Shown here piece by piece: positions 1 to 12,560 of a stretch of DNA of 64,000 bases. The position numbers and the translations under genes were made by a program. Origin of the DNA: the human T2T-CHM13v2.0 reference genome, Homo sapiens. Location: assembly GCF_009914755.1 (NCBI RefSeq), contig NC_060938.1, one strand, 5' to 3'. The first letter of the stretch is position 1. Every line of letters starts with the position of its first letter. The notes beneath the pieces were generated by a model. The model saw only the letters and a program-made list of their open reading frames with translations. It had not been told where the DNA came from and ran no database searches.

Positions 1-170
1 GTGATTCCCTTTATTCACCTTTCCAGATTTCAGGGTGATGATTTGCTCTGAGACCTCAGTTCTTTAATGGGTCCAAGAAATGTCACTGAATTTCAATTTG
101 TCCAGGTTTTCTGTTGTTTTTGTAAGGATGAGAATGACTACTTCCAAGTTCTTTATATTTTGAAACTGAA
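1..170 (-). mobile_element. Ancient L1M 5' end fragment (runs off window start)
   Basis: Resembles old L1M 5' consensus motifs (tgagacctcagttctttaatgggtccaagaa...gactacttccaagttcttta); recalled by eye. Confidence 0.4.
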
Positions 171-2139
171 AGTCTACCATGCTTCATTTTAATGATTTTT
201 ATTGTAGTTTAAATGTGTAAGCATTTCTATCTCAATCAGTTTTAGTTCTAGAATATCTAAGCAGTACTGAATATGCTGTAGCAATTTAATTTTTGCAGCA
301 GATAATTTGGGGCATGCATCTGCTAACATTTGAATGGAATCTTAAATAGAACTTTAGGTGAAAATGTTCAAGGGTATCTACTGAATGTTTTAAAGTCTTC
401 CACAAATATTATAAATATGTATGCAAAAACATGTTTGGTTTTGTGCTTTAAACACACTTTTTTGGTATGTGCTATAACAATTAACTGTCATTTATGAACA
501 CAAATTTATTAAATATTTGAAGACTTCCCTATTGCTGATTTTGCTGAAGTGTTATTATCGCTATTGCATGTAAAATCTAAGTGACTTTGGTTTGAAATGC
601 TAGTAATCTAAATCATCAGAGGTGTTTTGAAGTTTACTGGCTCTGCTACTTTGAAGACAGCATCTAGATGTTCAGCTAATATTCTGGCATTGACCACAAA
701 GAAAAGACAGCTTATTTTCTTCTCATTTTAAAGGTTTTGCTTACATTAAAAAATAAATTTTATGTTAAAAAGGAAAATAAATCATTGTGACACCATAACT
801 GAATCTGTAGCAAATTCTATTCATGCTGCTACTGTGAAAGCTGGAAACTGACCAGAATGAATTAGCGGTGCTGATTCTAAAGATTTCACAAGTAAATGGA
901 AGCCAAAAATAGTGCTAGAATCAAACACAAACCAATAGAATTATAGTAGCATCCCAAAATGTTGATGTTTAATATTGTAACAAATGTCTTAAGCTTTATT
1001 CATGATTTGAAAATTTATCCATATAGATAGTATACATAATCCAATGCACACAATATATTTCTAAAAATGAAATAATCATAAAGATGTGGAATAATTGTAT
1101 TATAAGGCAGTATTTTTCCTGCTGTTATATATTACCTTATCTACATTTCAGTTTCATTTTCCTATGAATTTAGTTTAGAGATATGGTAATTCAAATATAA
1201 TTTTTAAAATGATCCTAGTTTAAAATTCAATTCACTTATGTCAGTGTATTACATACTATGAATGATGTTTCCAGTATAATTCAGAACCCAAAACAGCTAG
1301 GTTTCTTTAGCCTAAATTACTAATTTGTTCATAAAATGACATCAAATGCAATAACCTTAAGAAAAAAATCCTAGTGAAAATTTAATTACCATTTTAAAAT
1401 AACAATTAATTATTAAATAGTGAAATACTAAATCAACCAAAGGTGAAACCTCTAGCTATTTTTTACTTTGACAGAAAGTTTACAATTTTTGGATTGTCTC
1501 AGTTTTAATGCCACAGAATTTTTATAGAGAAGCACATGTGCCTTAATTTATGGCCTGAGTTGTATATATGCTTCAGAAAAGACTGTTCACATGGAAGAAA
1601 AAAAAAAAACACCAAAGGGAAAAGGCACAATAAGTTTTATGTGTGGTGGTAAACTAGAATATTATGACTAAGTTGATGCATACATATTGCTTGTTTCCAT
1701 CTAAGAACTCAGATGCATAAGCTTCTTTTCACCAAGACCAACCCTTCATTATTTTCAAGCTTGACAATGAGAGTCTCCCTGAAGAAACAAGAAGAGTCTT
1801 GTTTGCCCAGCCCTAGAATTATGTTTGACTGGTGTTATTTCTCAAAGCCACATCTTAATTTGTTTCCCGAGCTTCACTGGAAATTCCTCGATGAATCCCA
1901 ATATTCATATTTGCAGTCTTGAAAGTGAATCTTTGCAGAATAAGAAGACTGTAGAGGACTTTCAAAAATAGTTTCAAAATAAAAATATATGAGAGATTAA
2001 AAATGATAAAGACATATCCACAAATTTGACTCCACACAATATGTAAGGACTTTGAGAAATAATAATTCCATGTTATATATGGGTTCATACTCATTCAAAG
2101 CTTACATTCAAATCATTTTAATTTAAGACAGAGTTTAGT

Positions 2140-2760
2140 AGCACTTTCATGAGGTACAGAGATATGGAAGAGGGGTTATTGCTTTCTGAACTTATTGTTA
2201 ATACCTTATATGAAGAAGTCGCATTTGAGTCCTGACTTCAAAGTTTCATGTAATTGGGGATAAAGGAAAGCATTTAGAGTCTGTGAGCAATAGCATAGAG
2301 AATGAAAATGTAAAAAAAAAAAACCAAAAAAACTGTTCTCCATAATAAAGAATAGCTCACTTTTGTTTCAATGGAGGAGGCATGGTCACTAGAATTTGGA
2401 AATGAAACTTGGATATGGCCAGTTTATTGAGGCATGGCTTCAGATTTTAAAACATTATTTTGAAAGCAATTCTGGCATGAGAGCAATAAAGAGGAAATTA
2501 CAGTTGTCTATGCACCAGAAAAATACTTATTGGAAATGTAAATTTTAAAACTGGAATACTGTAACAGACAGGTTAGAGAATTAATAATATTTGGTACCTG
2601 GTTAAAAATAAAAATGAAACTGAGAAGAAAAAAAGAGTCAAAGATTGACTTCCAACTTGGATACCAGGGATTATCCTTGTACAAAAATGGGAGGAAAAAC
2701 AGATTTACATAGGAAATTATTGTTTTTTTTGGATATCCTGACCTTCAGATATTGTTGTCT
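2140..2760 (-). mobile_element. Highly decayed L2 fragment
   Basis: Purine-rich L2 antisense motifs (gaagaagtcgcatttgagtc, gagtcaaagattgacttcc); boundaries approximate. Confidence 0.35.
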
Positions 2761-2964
2761 ATCAAAGTCTTGCATTCATCATGATAATTTGCTGGTATTA
2801 CAGATGTTAAATTGAGTCTCAAACACACTCAGGTCCAAAAATCTGTGGGTCACCAGCAGATTTTTAAACTCAATACCTTTGTCTACAATAACAGCTGTTT
2901 TTCTATAACGAACACTCTTCTTTTTCCAAACACAAGTGTGATAGGTAGGTAGTATCTTAGATAG

Positions 2965-3302
2965 CAGTAGTCCCCAACATTTTTGGCATCAGGGACTAGT
3001 TTTGTGGAAAACATTTTTCCACAGACTGGGAGTCAGGGGAATGGTTTTGGGATGAAATTGTTCCACCTCAGATAATCAGGCATTAGAATCTCACAAGGAG
3101 CATGCAACCTAGATCCCTCACATGCACAGTTCACAATAGGGTTTGCATTCCTATGAGAATCTAATGACACTGCTTATCTGACAGGAGGTGGAGTTCAGGA
3201 GGTAATGCTAGCTCACCTTCCACTCACCTCCTGCTGTGTGGTATGGTTCCTAATAGGCCATGGATCGGTACCGGTCCTTGACCCAGGGGTTTGGGACCCC
3301 TG
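2965..3302 (+). mobile_element. MER1B hAT-Charlie non-autonomous DNA transposon
   Basis: Full-length MER1B-like sequence; TIRs cagtagtccccaa / ttgggacccctg; degenerate 8-bp TSD ttagatag (2957-2964) / ttatatcg (3303-3310). Confidence 0.9.
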
Positions 3303-3310
3303 TTATATCG

Positions 3311-3490
3311 GACTAGAACATGTGCCAAGGAGCCAAACATGCAGGGTACACACTCTCACTTTGCCACTTCTCAACCATTTAACCTGGAACATCTTACTCA
3401 ACCAGAGTGAATTTCAGTGTATTCAGTTAAAAGCTGGATATTAATACCAACTCATAAGCTTGTTCAAAGTGTTATATGTAACAATGTTTT
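3311..3490 (+). mobile_element. MIR SINE fragment
   Basis: Decayed MIR core-like motifs (ctttgccacttc...ttactcaacc...tttcagtgtattc). Confidence 0.45.
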
Positions 3491-4282
3491 AATAGGCAAA
3501 GTAGTATAAAATTAGGAGAAATTTGTATAAGACTGGAAGATAATTGAATCCTACCCATAAGCCACAGATATCAAAGACTTTTGCTAAATTAACTACATAA
3601 ATATAACTCACAACTCACCTTACTAACACTGTGAAAACAAAATAAGATGCTGTTACACCTATTTGGAGGCCACAGATATGGAGATAATGTGATATGATAG
3701 CATAGATTGGGAAGCCCAATATTGACCTATTTGCACTCTACTGAGCTTGATTGCTCTTTACTTGTATGACAGTTGAATTCCTGAGAAGCTATAGATAATC
3801 ACACTGCAGATATTTAGTGTGTGGGCCAAAGGTACATGTGAGAATAAAGACAGAAAGTTTAACCTCCACCATGTGATTCTTTCTTGATACAGCAGGGCTG
3901 ATGCATATTTTAGTAGCTTCAGGAAAGAGGTTTGAACATAGTCTCATTATATTTGTGTCACAGAAGCTGGCCCTCGTAAATGGGACTCACTAGAAACAGA
4001 GGAGACCCTAAAGAAAGGATACCTGCTGGGACTACCTGTCACCCACCTAGCTTCTTTTTTGTTTCAAAAAGCTGGGTTTCTTAACCGGAAGTTTGGCATC
4101 ACTTCCAATATGGCAAACACAAATCTTTGACTTTAGGAACATGAAAGGAAGAAAACTCACCAGACTTAGTGTTTGTTTCTAGGGGTTACTTAATAATCTG
4201 TTTTGCCTTATTTTCCCAAGTATAAAAAAGATTACTGCTTAGAGGAGAATCATGATGATCTTTCTAGTCATAGATCACGTTA

Positions 4283-4540
4283 TATAGTAGTAAAAAGCAT
4301 ACGCTTTGGTATCAGACAAACCTGAATATGTATCCTTGATCTGATGCTAGTTAAGAGGTGTTCAACTTTGGGTATGATATTTAAATTTACTAGGCCTCAG
4401 TTTACTTGTCTGTGAGAGAGGAATAACAAAAACAACATAATGATAATACTTTATGGGTTGCTCTGTAGAATAAATAGGATAATTCATGCAAGCAATTGGA
4501 ACATAGACTGACACATAGTAAAGAATTATTGAATATCAAT
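4283..4540 (+). mobile_element. MIR SINE
   Basis: MIR 5' region (aagcatacgctttggtatcagacaaacctg), core (ggcctcagtttacttgtctgtgag) and 3' end (gacacatagtaa). Confidence 0.75.
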
Positions 4541-4635
4541 ATTATAACTGATGGGACACTGAATTTTATTCCCAATTGGAAGAGCTATCAAAGGGCTTAA
4601 AAATTCAATACCATTCTCAATCTCTCTCTTCTTAT

Positions 4636-5205
4636 TGTAATTCAGTCTTCTATTTATTTTGTGTGACAAACTACCTCATAACTTACTAACTTAAAACACA
4701 TTAATAGTTATCATCTTTCACAGTTTTGTTGGTTGACTGCACTCAGCTAGGTGGTTCTCTTTTGGAGTATCTCATATGGTGGCAGTCAGAAATTAGCTGG
4801 GGCTGAGTCTACCGCTTGACCAGGCTAAATGTCCAAGATGGCTCACTCAGATGGTTTACATTTGATGCTGGCTATTGGCTGGAAGTCAGATGCTCCATGT
4901 GGCCAACACATGGCCTCTTTGTGTAGCTAGGACTTCTCAGCAGGCAGCTGAGTTCCAAAGGAGAATGTCTGAAGAATATTTTAACAAAAAGAAGTAGGAG
5001 ACAGCAGATAAATTGAGATTTGTTAGAACTGACACAGTATCTCTTTGGCCATATTCTATTAGCCAAGGCAGTTATGAGTCTTGGCCACATTCAAAGGTGT
5101 GGAGAAATAGACTCTGCCTTTTTGGTAGGGTGGGAAGACCACATTGTAGAAAAGCATGTGGGATGGGAAATATTATTGTGGTTATTTTTGGAAAATGCAA
5201 TAAGG
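4636..5205 (-). mobile_element. MLT1 (G/H/J-type) ERVL-MaLR LTR
   Basis: MLT1 antisense motifs: acaaactacc, tccaagatggctcactca, ccatattctattagcc, cacattcaaagg. Confidence 0.7.
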
Positions 5206-6380
5206 TATAGCATACTCCCTTACCAGGGCAATTTACATCCCTCTCTTAAATAAAATATACTCACCTTCTCCCTTGACCTTGTGAAAGTCTCATCATTATG
5301 GCATCGAATCTACAAGGGCAGGATCTTAGCATTTAAACCAGGTCGATGTGCAGATTTGTTGAGTGCTGCTCTTCAAGTAGTTCCTCTTGATCTAAAGAAC
5401 TATGTAAAACAAGATATGCTATTTAACCCTTATAGACTCAACACATAATGTTTTTTAAACACATAAGATATCTACAGTATACCCTCCTGTTCAAAAAGGA
5501 GCATGGAAGAGGAGGCTGATAGTCACTAATCCACAGCAATTCTGGAATCCAGCATGCACATGTCACCACTTACTTGATTGGAACCTCTTGCTTCCTAGCA
5601 GCAGTGCCCAAGCTATCTTGACTTTGTCCGTTGAGTTACTCTTTTTCCATATGAAATAGCCCATGTTGGCAGTGAAAACATGAGGGCCTAGAGACCTCTT
5701 TTTATAATGAACATCTCTGTCCTATTCAGCCTAAGTTGATATAATTCCTTTTAAAACTCTGTGGGTTTCTTATATACCAAAGTAGAAGTAATTCCATTAG
5801 GCAGAATACACATCTACATTTTTCTCAAACCAACCTCCTGTCTACTTGACCTGGCTATAATCCTGTGTGGGACAATATCCTTAAGGTTCTTAGAAACATT
5901 TTTTCTAGTTCAGTGTTAGGCACCACCTTAAATATTTGAAGTCTCTACAAATAATCTAAAATCCATATCCTTGATGGTAATTTTAACCTGGAGCCACATA
6001 GTACTGCCATCCCCCAACATTTGATGAATCTGAGTTCATCTGTTATTTTGAGAACTTTTTGCTGTTTGGAATCACTGGGGATGAGAAACTTCTATTTCAT
6101 ATTTTCTCTAAATTCTGCTCAAAATCAGAATAGTCCCTTCTTTAACTCTCTTTATAAATTATCATATGAAGCTAAAACAAATCAAGTACCTGAAAATGTA
6201 TTTCATTAGAACTTTCAATTTATTAAGTACATATTATTTTTTCAATGTTACTACAAATAACAATTTTACTAACCTTCCCACCAGTATATAACATTAGTCA
6301 TCTTTTTCTTATTATCCTATAGCGATTTCCCCACTGTCATTTTCACCCCCTGAACAGTTTTCTTGTGGTCCTTCAAGGCT
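5206..6380 (-). mobile_element. MLT1 internal (MaLR-int) remnant
   Basis: Directly abuts the MLT1 LTR and has MaLR-int-like motifs (aaagtctcatcattatggcatc, aatccacagcaattctggaatccagc). Confidence 0.45.
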
Positions 6381-7555
6381 CTGCTTTTATATGGCTGCAT
6401 AGTATTCCATGGTGTATACATACATTTTCTTTATTCAGTCCAACACTGATTGGCATCTGGGTTGATTCTATGTCTTTGCTGTTGTATATATTGCTGTGGT
6501 GAACATACAAGTGCCTGTATCTTTTTGATAAATCAATTTATACTCCTTTGAGTATATACCCAGTAATGGGATTACTAGGTTGAAGGGTAGTCCTGTTTTA
6601 AGTTCTCTGAGAAATCTCCAACCTGCTTTCCACAGTGGCCAAACTAATTTAAATTCCCACCAGCAGGGTATAAGAGTTCCCTTTTATCTGCAATCTTGCC
6701 AACATCTGCCATTTTCTGACTTTTTCATAATAACCATTCTGAATGGTGTGAGATAGTTTCTCATTATGGTTTTGAATTGCTATTCTGTAATAATTAGTTA
6801 TGTTGAGCATTTTTTTCATATGCTTGTTGGCTGAATGTATATCTTTTTTTGAAAAGTGTCTGTTCGTGTCCTTTACCCACTTTTTATTGTTTATTTTTTG
6901 CTTATTGATTTGCATAAGTTCCTTATAGATTCTGGATATTAGACCTTTGTTGGATGCATAGTTTGCAAATACTTTTTCCCATTCTGTGCATTGTCTGTTT
7001 ACTCTGTTAATGGTTTCTTTTGCTGTGCAGAAGATCTTTAGTTTAAGTAGGTCTACTTGTCTATTTTTATTTTTGTTGCAATTGCTTTTAGAGACTTCAT
7101 CATGAAATCTTTGCCAAGGCCTATGTCTAGAATGGTTTTCCCTAGGTTTTCTTCTAGGATTTTTATAGTTAGAGGTCTTAAATTTAAGTTTTTAGTCCTT
7201 CCTGAGTTTATTTTTGTATACAATAACATGAAGGGGTCTAGTTTTAATCTTCTGCACAGGGTCAGCCCATTATTCCAGCACCATTTATTGAATAGGGAGT
7301 CATTTCCCCATTGCATGTTTTTGTCAGTCTTGTTTAAAATCAGACAGTTGTAGGTGTGCTGCTTTATTTCTAGGATCTCCATTCCATTTCACTGGTCTAT
7401 GTTTCTGTTTTTGTACCAGTACTATGCTGTTTTGGCCACTGGAGCCCTGTAGCATAGTTTGAAGTCAGGTAGAATGATGCCTCCAGGTTTGTTCTTTTTA
7501 CTTAGGATTGCATTGACTATTTAGGCTCTTTTTTTTAGTTCCATGTGAATTTTAA

Positions 7556-8061
<506 letters not shown>

Positions 8062-8707
8062 TTAAAAAGTTTTTCCAAGTTCTGTAAAGAATGTCTTTGT
8101 CAGTTTGATAGAAATAGAATTGAATCTATAAATTGCTTTGGGCAATATGTCTATTTTAACAATATTGTTTCTTCCTATCCATGAGCATGGAATACTTTTC
8201 CATTTGTTTGTGTCATCTCTGATTTCTTTCAGCAGTGTTTTGTAATTCTCATTGTAGAAAATTTTCATCTTCCTGGTTGGGTGTATTCCTAGATATTTAT
8301 TCTTTTTGTGGCGACTGTGAATGGAATTGAGTGCCTAATTTTGCTCTCAGCTTGGATGTTATTGGTGTATATAAATGCTACTGATTTAGGGGGCATTGAT
8401 TTTGAATTCTGAAACTTTACTAAAGTTGTTTATCAATTCTAGGAGCCTTTGGTTACAGACAATGGGGTTTTCTAGGTATAGAATCATATTGTCTGTGAAG
8501 AGAGTGAGTTTGACTTCCTCTCTTCCTATTAGAATGCCTTTTATTTCTTTCTCTTGCCTGATTGCTCTGGTTAGGACTTCTTGCCTGATTGCTCTGGCTA
8601 GGACTTCCAGGACTTCTGCATAGGATTAGTGAGAGTGGGCATTCTTGTCTTGTTCTGGTTGTCAAGGGGAATGCTTCCAGTTATTGCCCATTCATTTGGC
8701 TGTGTTT

Positions 8708-10320
8708 AGGGTACATGTGCACAACGTGAAGGTTAGTTACATATGTATACATGTGCCATGTTGGTGTACTGCACCATTAACTCGTCATTTAATATTAGGT
8801 ATATCTCCTAATGCTATCTCTCCCCCTTCCCCCACCCCACAACAGGCCCCAGTGTGTGATGTTCCCCTTCCTGTGTCCATGTGTTCTCATTGTTCAATTC
8901 CCACCTATGAGTGAGAACATGCAGTGTTTGGTTTTTTGTCCTTGCGATAGTTTGCTGAGAATAATGGTTTCCAGCTTCATCCATGTCCCTAAAAAGGACA
9001 TGAACTCATCATTTTTTATGGCTGCATAGTATTCCATGGTGTATATGTGCCACATTTTCTTAATCCAGTCTATCACTCTTGGACATTTGGCTTGGGTCCA
9101 AGTCTTTGCTATTGTAAATAGTGCCGAAATAAACATACGTGTGCATGTGTCTTTATAGCAGCATGATTTATAATCCTTTGGGTATATACCCAGTAATGGG
9201 ATTGCTGGGTCAAATGGTATTTCTAGTTCTAGATCCCTGAGGAATTGCCACACTGACTTCCACAATGGTTGAACTAGTTTACAGTCCCACCAACAGTGTA
9301 AAGGTGTTCCTATTTCTCCACATCCTCTCCAGCACCTGTTGTTTCCTGACTTTTTAATGATCGCCATTCTAACTGGTGTGAGATGGTATCTCATTGTGGT
9401 TTTGATTTGCGTTTCTCTGATGGCCAGTGATGATGAGCATTTTTTCACGTGTCTTTTGGCTGCATAAATTTTTTCATGTGTCTTCTTTTGAGAAGTGTGT
9501 GTTCATGTCCTTCACCCACTTTTTGATGGGGTTGTTTGTTTTTTTCTTGTAAATTTGTTTGTGTTCTTTGTAAATTCTGGATATTAGCCCTTTGTCAAAT
9601 GAGTAGATTGCAAAAATTTTCTCCCATTCTGTAGGTTGCCTGTTCACTCTGATTGTAGTTTCTTTTGCTGTGCAGAAGCTCTTTAGTTTAATTAGATCCC
9701 ATTTGTCAATTTTGGCTTTTGTTGCCATTGCTTTCGGTGTTTTAGACATGAAGTACTTGCCCATGCCTATGTCCTGAATGGTATTGCCTAGGATTTCTTC
9801 TAGGGTTTTTATGGTTTTAGGTCTAACATTTAAGTCTTTAATCCATCTTAAGTTAATTTTTATATAAGGTGTAAGGAAGGGATCCAGTTTCAGCTTTCTA
9901 CATGTGGCTGGCCAGTTTTCCCAGCACCATTTATTAAACAGGGAATCCTTTCCCCATTTCTTGTTTTTGTCAGGTTTGTCAAAGATCAGATGGTTGTAGA
10001 TATGTGGCATTATTTCTGAGGGCTCTGTTCCGTTCCATTGGTCTATATCTCTGTTTTGGTACCGGTACCATGCTGTTTTGGTTACTGTAGCCTTGTAGTG
10101 TAGTTTGAAGTCAGGTAGTGTGATGCCTCCAGCTTTGTTCTTTTGGCTTAGGATTGAGTTGGCAATGAGGGCTCTTTTTTGGTTCTATATGAACTTTAAA
10201 GTAGTTTTTTTCCAATTCTGTGAAGAAAGTCATTGGTAGCTTGATGGGGATGGCATTGAATCTATAAGTTATCATGGGCAGTATGGCCATTTTCACGATA
10301 TTGATTCTTCCTACCCATGA
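8708..10320 (-). mobile_element. 5'-truncated L1PA4/L1PA5-like insertion without poly(A) tail
   Basis: Young L1 ORF2 C-terminus (ORFs 8894-9448, 9474-10010, CCHC motif) plus 3' UTR; flanked by gctgtgttt (8699-8707) and gctgtggtttt (10321-10331). Confidence 0.9.
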
Positions 10321-11792
10321 GCTGTGGTTTTGTCATAGATGGCTCTTATTATTTTGAGGTATGTTCCTTTGACACCTAGTTTGTGCAGGGTTTTTAATAT
10401 GAAGGAATGCTGAATTTTATCAAAACCCTTTTCTGTGTCTATTGAGATGATCACATGGCATTTGTTTTTAGTTTTGTTTATGTGATGAATCACATTTATT
10501 AATTTCCATATGTTGAATTAACTTTGCATGTCAGTAATAAAGACTACTTGATCATGGTGGATTAGCTTTTTAATGTGTTACTAGATTAGATTTGCTAGTA
10601 TTTTGTTGAGGATTTTTGCATATATCATTAGTGATCTTGGCCTAAACTTTTCTTTTTCTTTTTTTCTTTTCTTGTGTCTCTGCCAGGTTTTGACGTCAGA
10701 ATAATGCTGGCCTTATGGAATGAGTTAGGAGTCCCTCCTCCTCAAGTCTTTGGAATAATTTTAGCATGATTGGTAGCAGTTCTTTATTGTGTGGTTGAAT
10801 TCAGCTGTGAATCCATCTGGACCAGGGCTTTTTCTGGTTGGTAGGCTTTTAATTACTGATTTAGTTTTGGAACTTATTATTGGTCTGTTCATGAATTCAA
10901 TTTCTTCCTGGTTCAATCATCAGGGGTTTTATGTTTCCAGAAATTTATCCATTTTTTTCTATATTTTCCAGTTTGTATGCATAGAGGTGTATGTAATAGA
11001 CTCTGAGGCTTTTTTGTATTCCTGTGAGGTCAGTGGCAATGTCCCCTTTGTCATTTCTGATTGTGTTTATTTGAATCTTCTCTCTCTTTTTCTTTATTAA
11101 TTAGGTAGTAGCCTACCAATCTTATTTATTCTTTCAAAAAACAAACTTTGAGTTTTGTGGATCATTTGTATGAATTTTTCCATCTCAATTTTGTTCAGTT
11201 CAGCTCTGATTTTGGTTATTTCACTTCTAGTAGCTTTGGGGTTGACTTGCTCTTGTTTTTCTAGTTCCTTTACATGTGATGTTAGGTTGTTTGAGATCTT
11301 TCTAACTTCCTCATGTAGGGTTTTAGCCCAATAAACTTCCTCTTTTCAGTGCTTAAGCTGTGTGTCAGAGGTTCTCTTATATTCTACCTTTATTTTTCAT
11401 TAATTTCAATGATTTTGTTTGCCTTAATTTCCTTCTTTATCCAAAAGTCACTGAGGAGAAAGTTGTTTAATTTTCATGTAATTGTATGGTTTTGAGAGAT
11501 ATTCCTGGTATTGATTTGTTTTTATTGTGTTGTGGTCTGAAAATGTGGTTGATATGATTTGGATTTTTTTTTCAGTTCATTAAGAATTGCCTTATGGTCA
11601 AATGTGTCATTTATTAGAGTATATGCAGTGTGCAGATGTGAAGAACGTATATTCTGTTGTTGTTGGGGGGAGTATTCTGTATATGTCAGGTTCATTTGGT
11701 CAAGTATCAAGTTTAGGTCCTGAATATTTTTGTTAGTTTTCTGCATCAGTGATCTTATGCTGGCAGTTGGGTGTTGAAGACCCCACTATTAT

Positions 11793-12560
11793 TGAAACAG
11801 GAGAATTTTCCTTATCACCCTCGCAGGGTGTGTGACAGGAGTGTGGGCTCGCTTCTTCTGTGCCTCACTACTTAAACTTCTAGGCAGTGCAGTGGTCGTG
11901 GGGAGCATTTTTGGGCTCTGACCACACGATAGCATCTGGGGTGAGTGTTTACAGCTCCTGAAGCCTAAGTGGGCATGTGTTAGTATGCTCTTTCAGCTTT
12001 GCAGTCTGCAGGCTGCTTGCATTAATCAGCTCAATTAGACCCTCTGCCTTAATGCAAAGACAGAGAGCTTTCTGTATCCCGGCTTCTTGCCCTAGTGTAC
12101 TCAAAAAATCGGATCATATGTGGGCTTGGAGGAAGAGTGCAAGGTTTTATTGAGTAGTTGAGGTAGCTCTCAGTGAGATGGATTGGGAATCAGAAGGGGG
12201 ATGGAGTGGGAGGGTGGTCTTCCCCTAAAGTCGGGCCACCTGGCGGTCGGACTCTCCTCTGACTGCCCACGGCTAAATTCCCCTTGGTGTCTGCATTGTT
12301 CCACCATTGCAGGTCTCCTGGTGTCTGCTGGTGTGTTCTTCTGCTCCTCTCAACTTCCGGCCACTTGTGTGTGTGCCTGCTACAGTCCTGGGTTTTATGA
12401 ACACAGGATGCAGGGTGTGGTGGACCAAAGGCAACTTTTTGGGTATGAAAAAAGAAATGCTTGTCTTCATTTAGGTCCGTGGGCACAGGCCTGAGGGTTG
12501 AGCCCTTGCCAGGGACCCCGCCCTTCTCTACTTAGCACTTCCTGCCCCGTTCTCATATCA
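11793..12560 (-). mobile_element. ERV1 solo LTR, LTR1/LTR28 group
   Basis: TG...CA ends; minus strand starts tgatatgagaacggggcaggaagtgc and ends ...ttctcctgtttca; AATAAA on minus at 12146-12151; GC-rich island inserted in L1 ORF2. Confidence 0.82.

Noticed and set aside
1713-2094. Overlapping short ORFs in unique sequence
   Set aside because: Under 80 aa, composition typical of AT-rich non-coding DNA, and no recognisable homology.
4084-4092. Perfect ETS motif ACCGGAAGT
   Set aside because: A single 9-mer without promoter context is not far from chance expectation in 64 kb.
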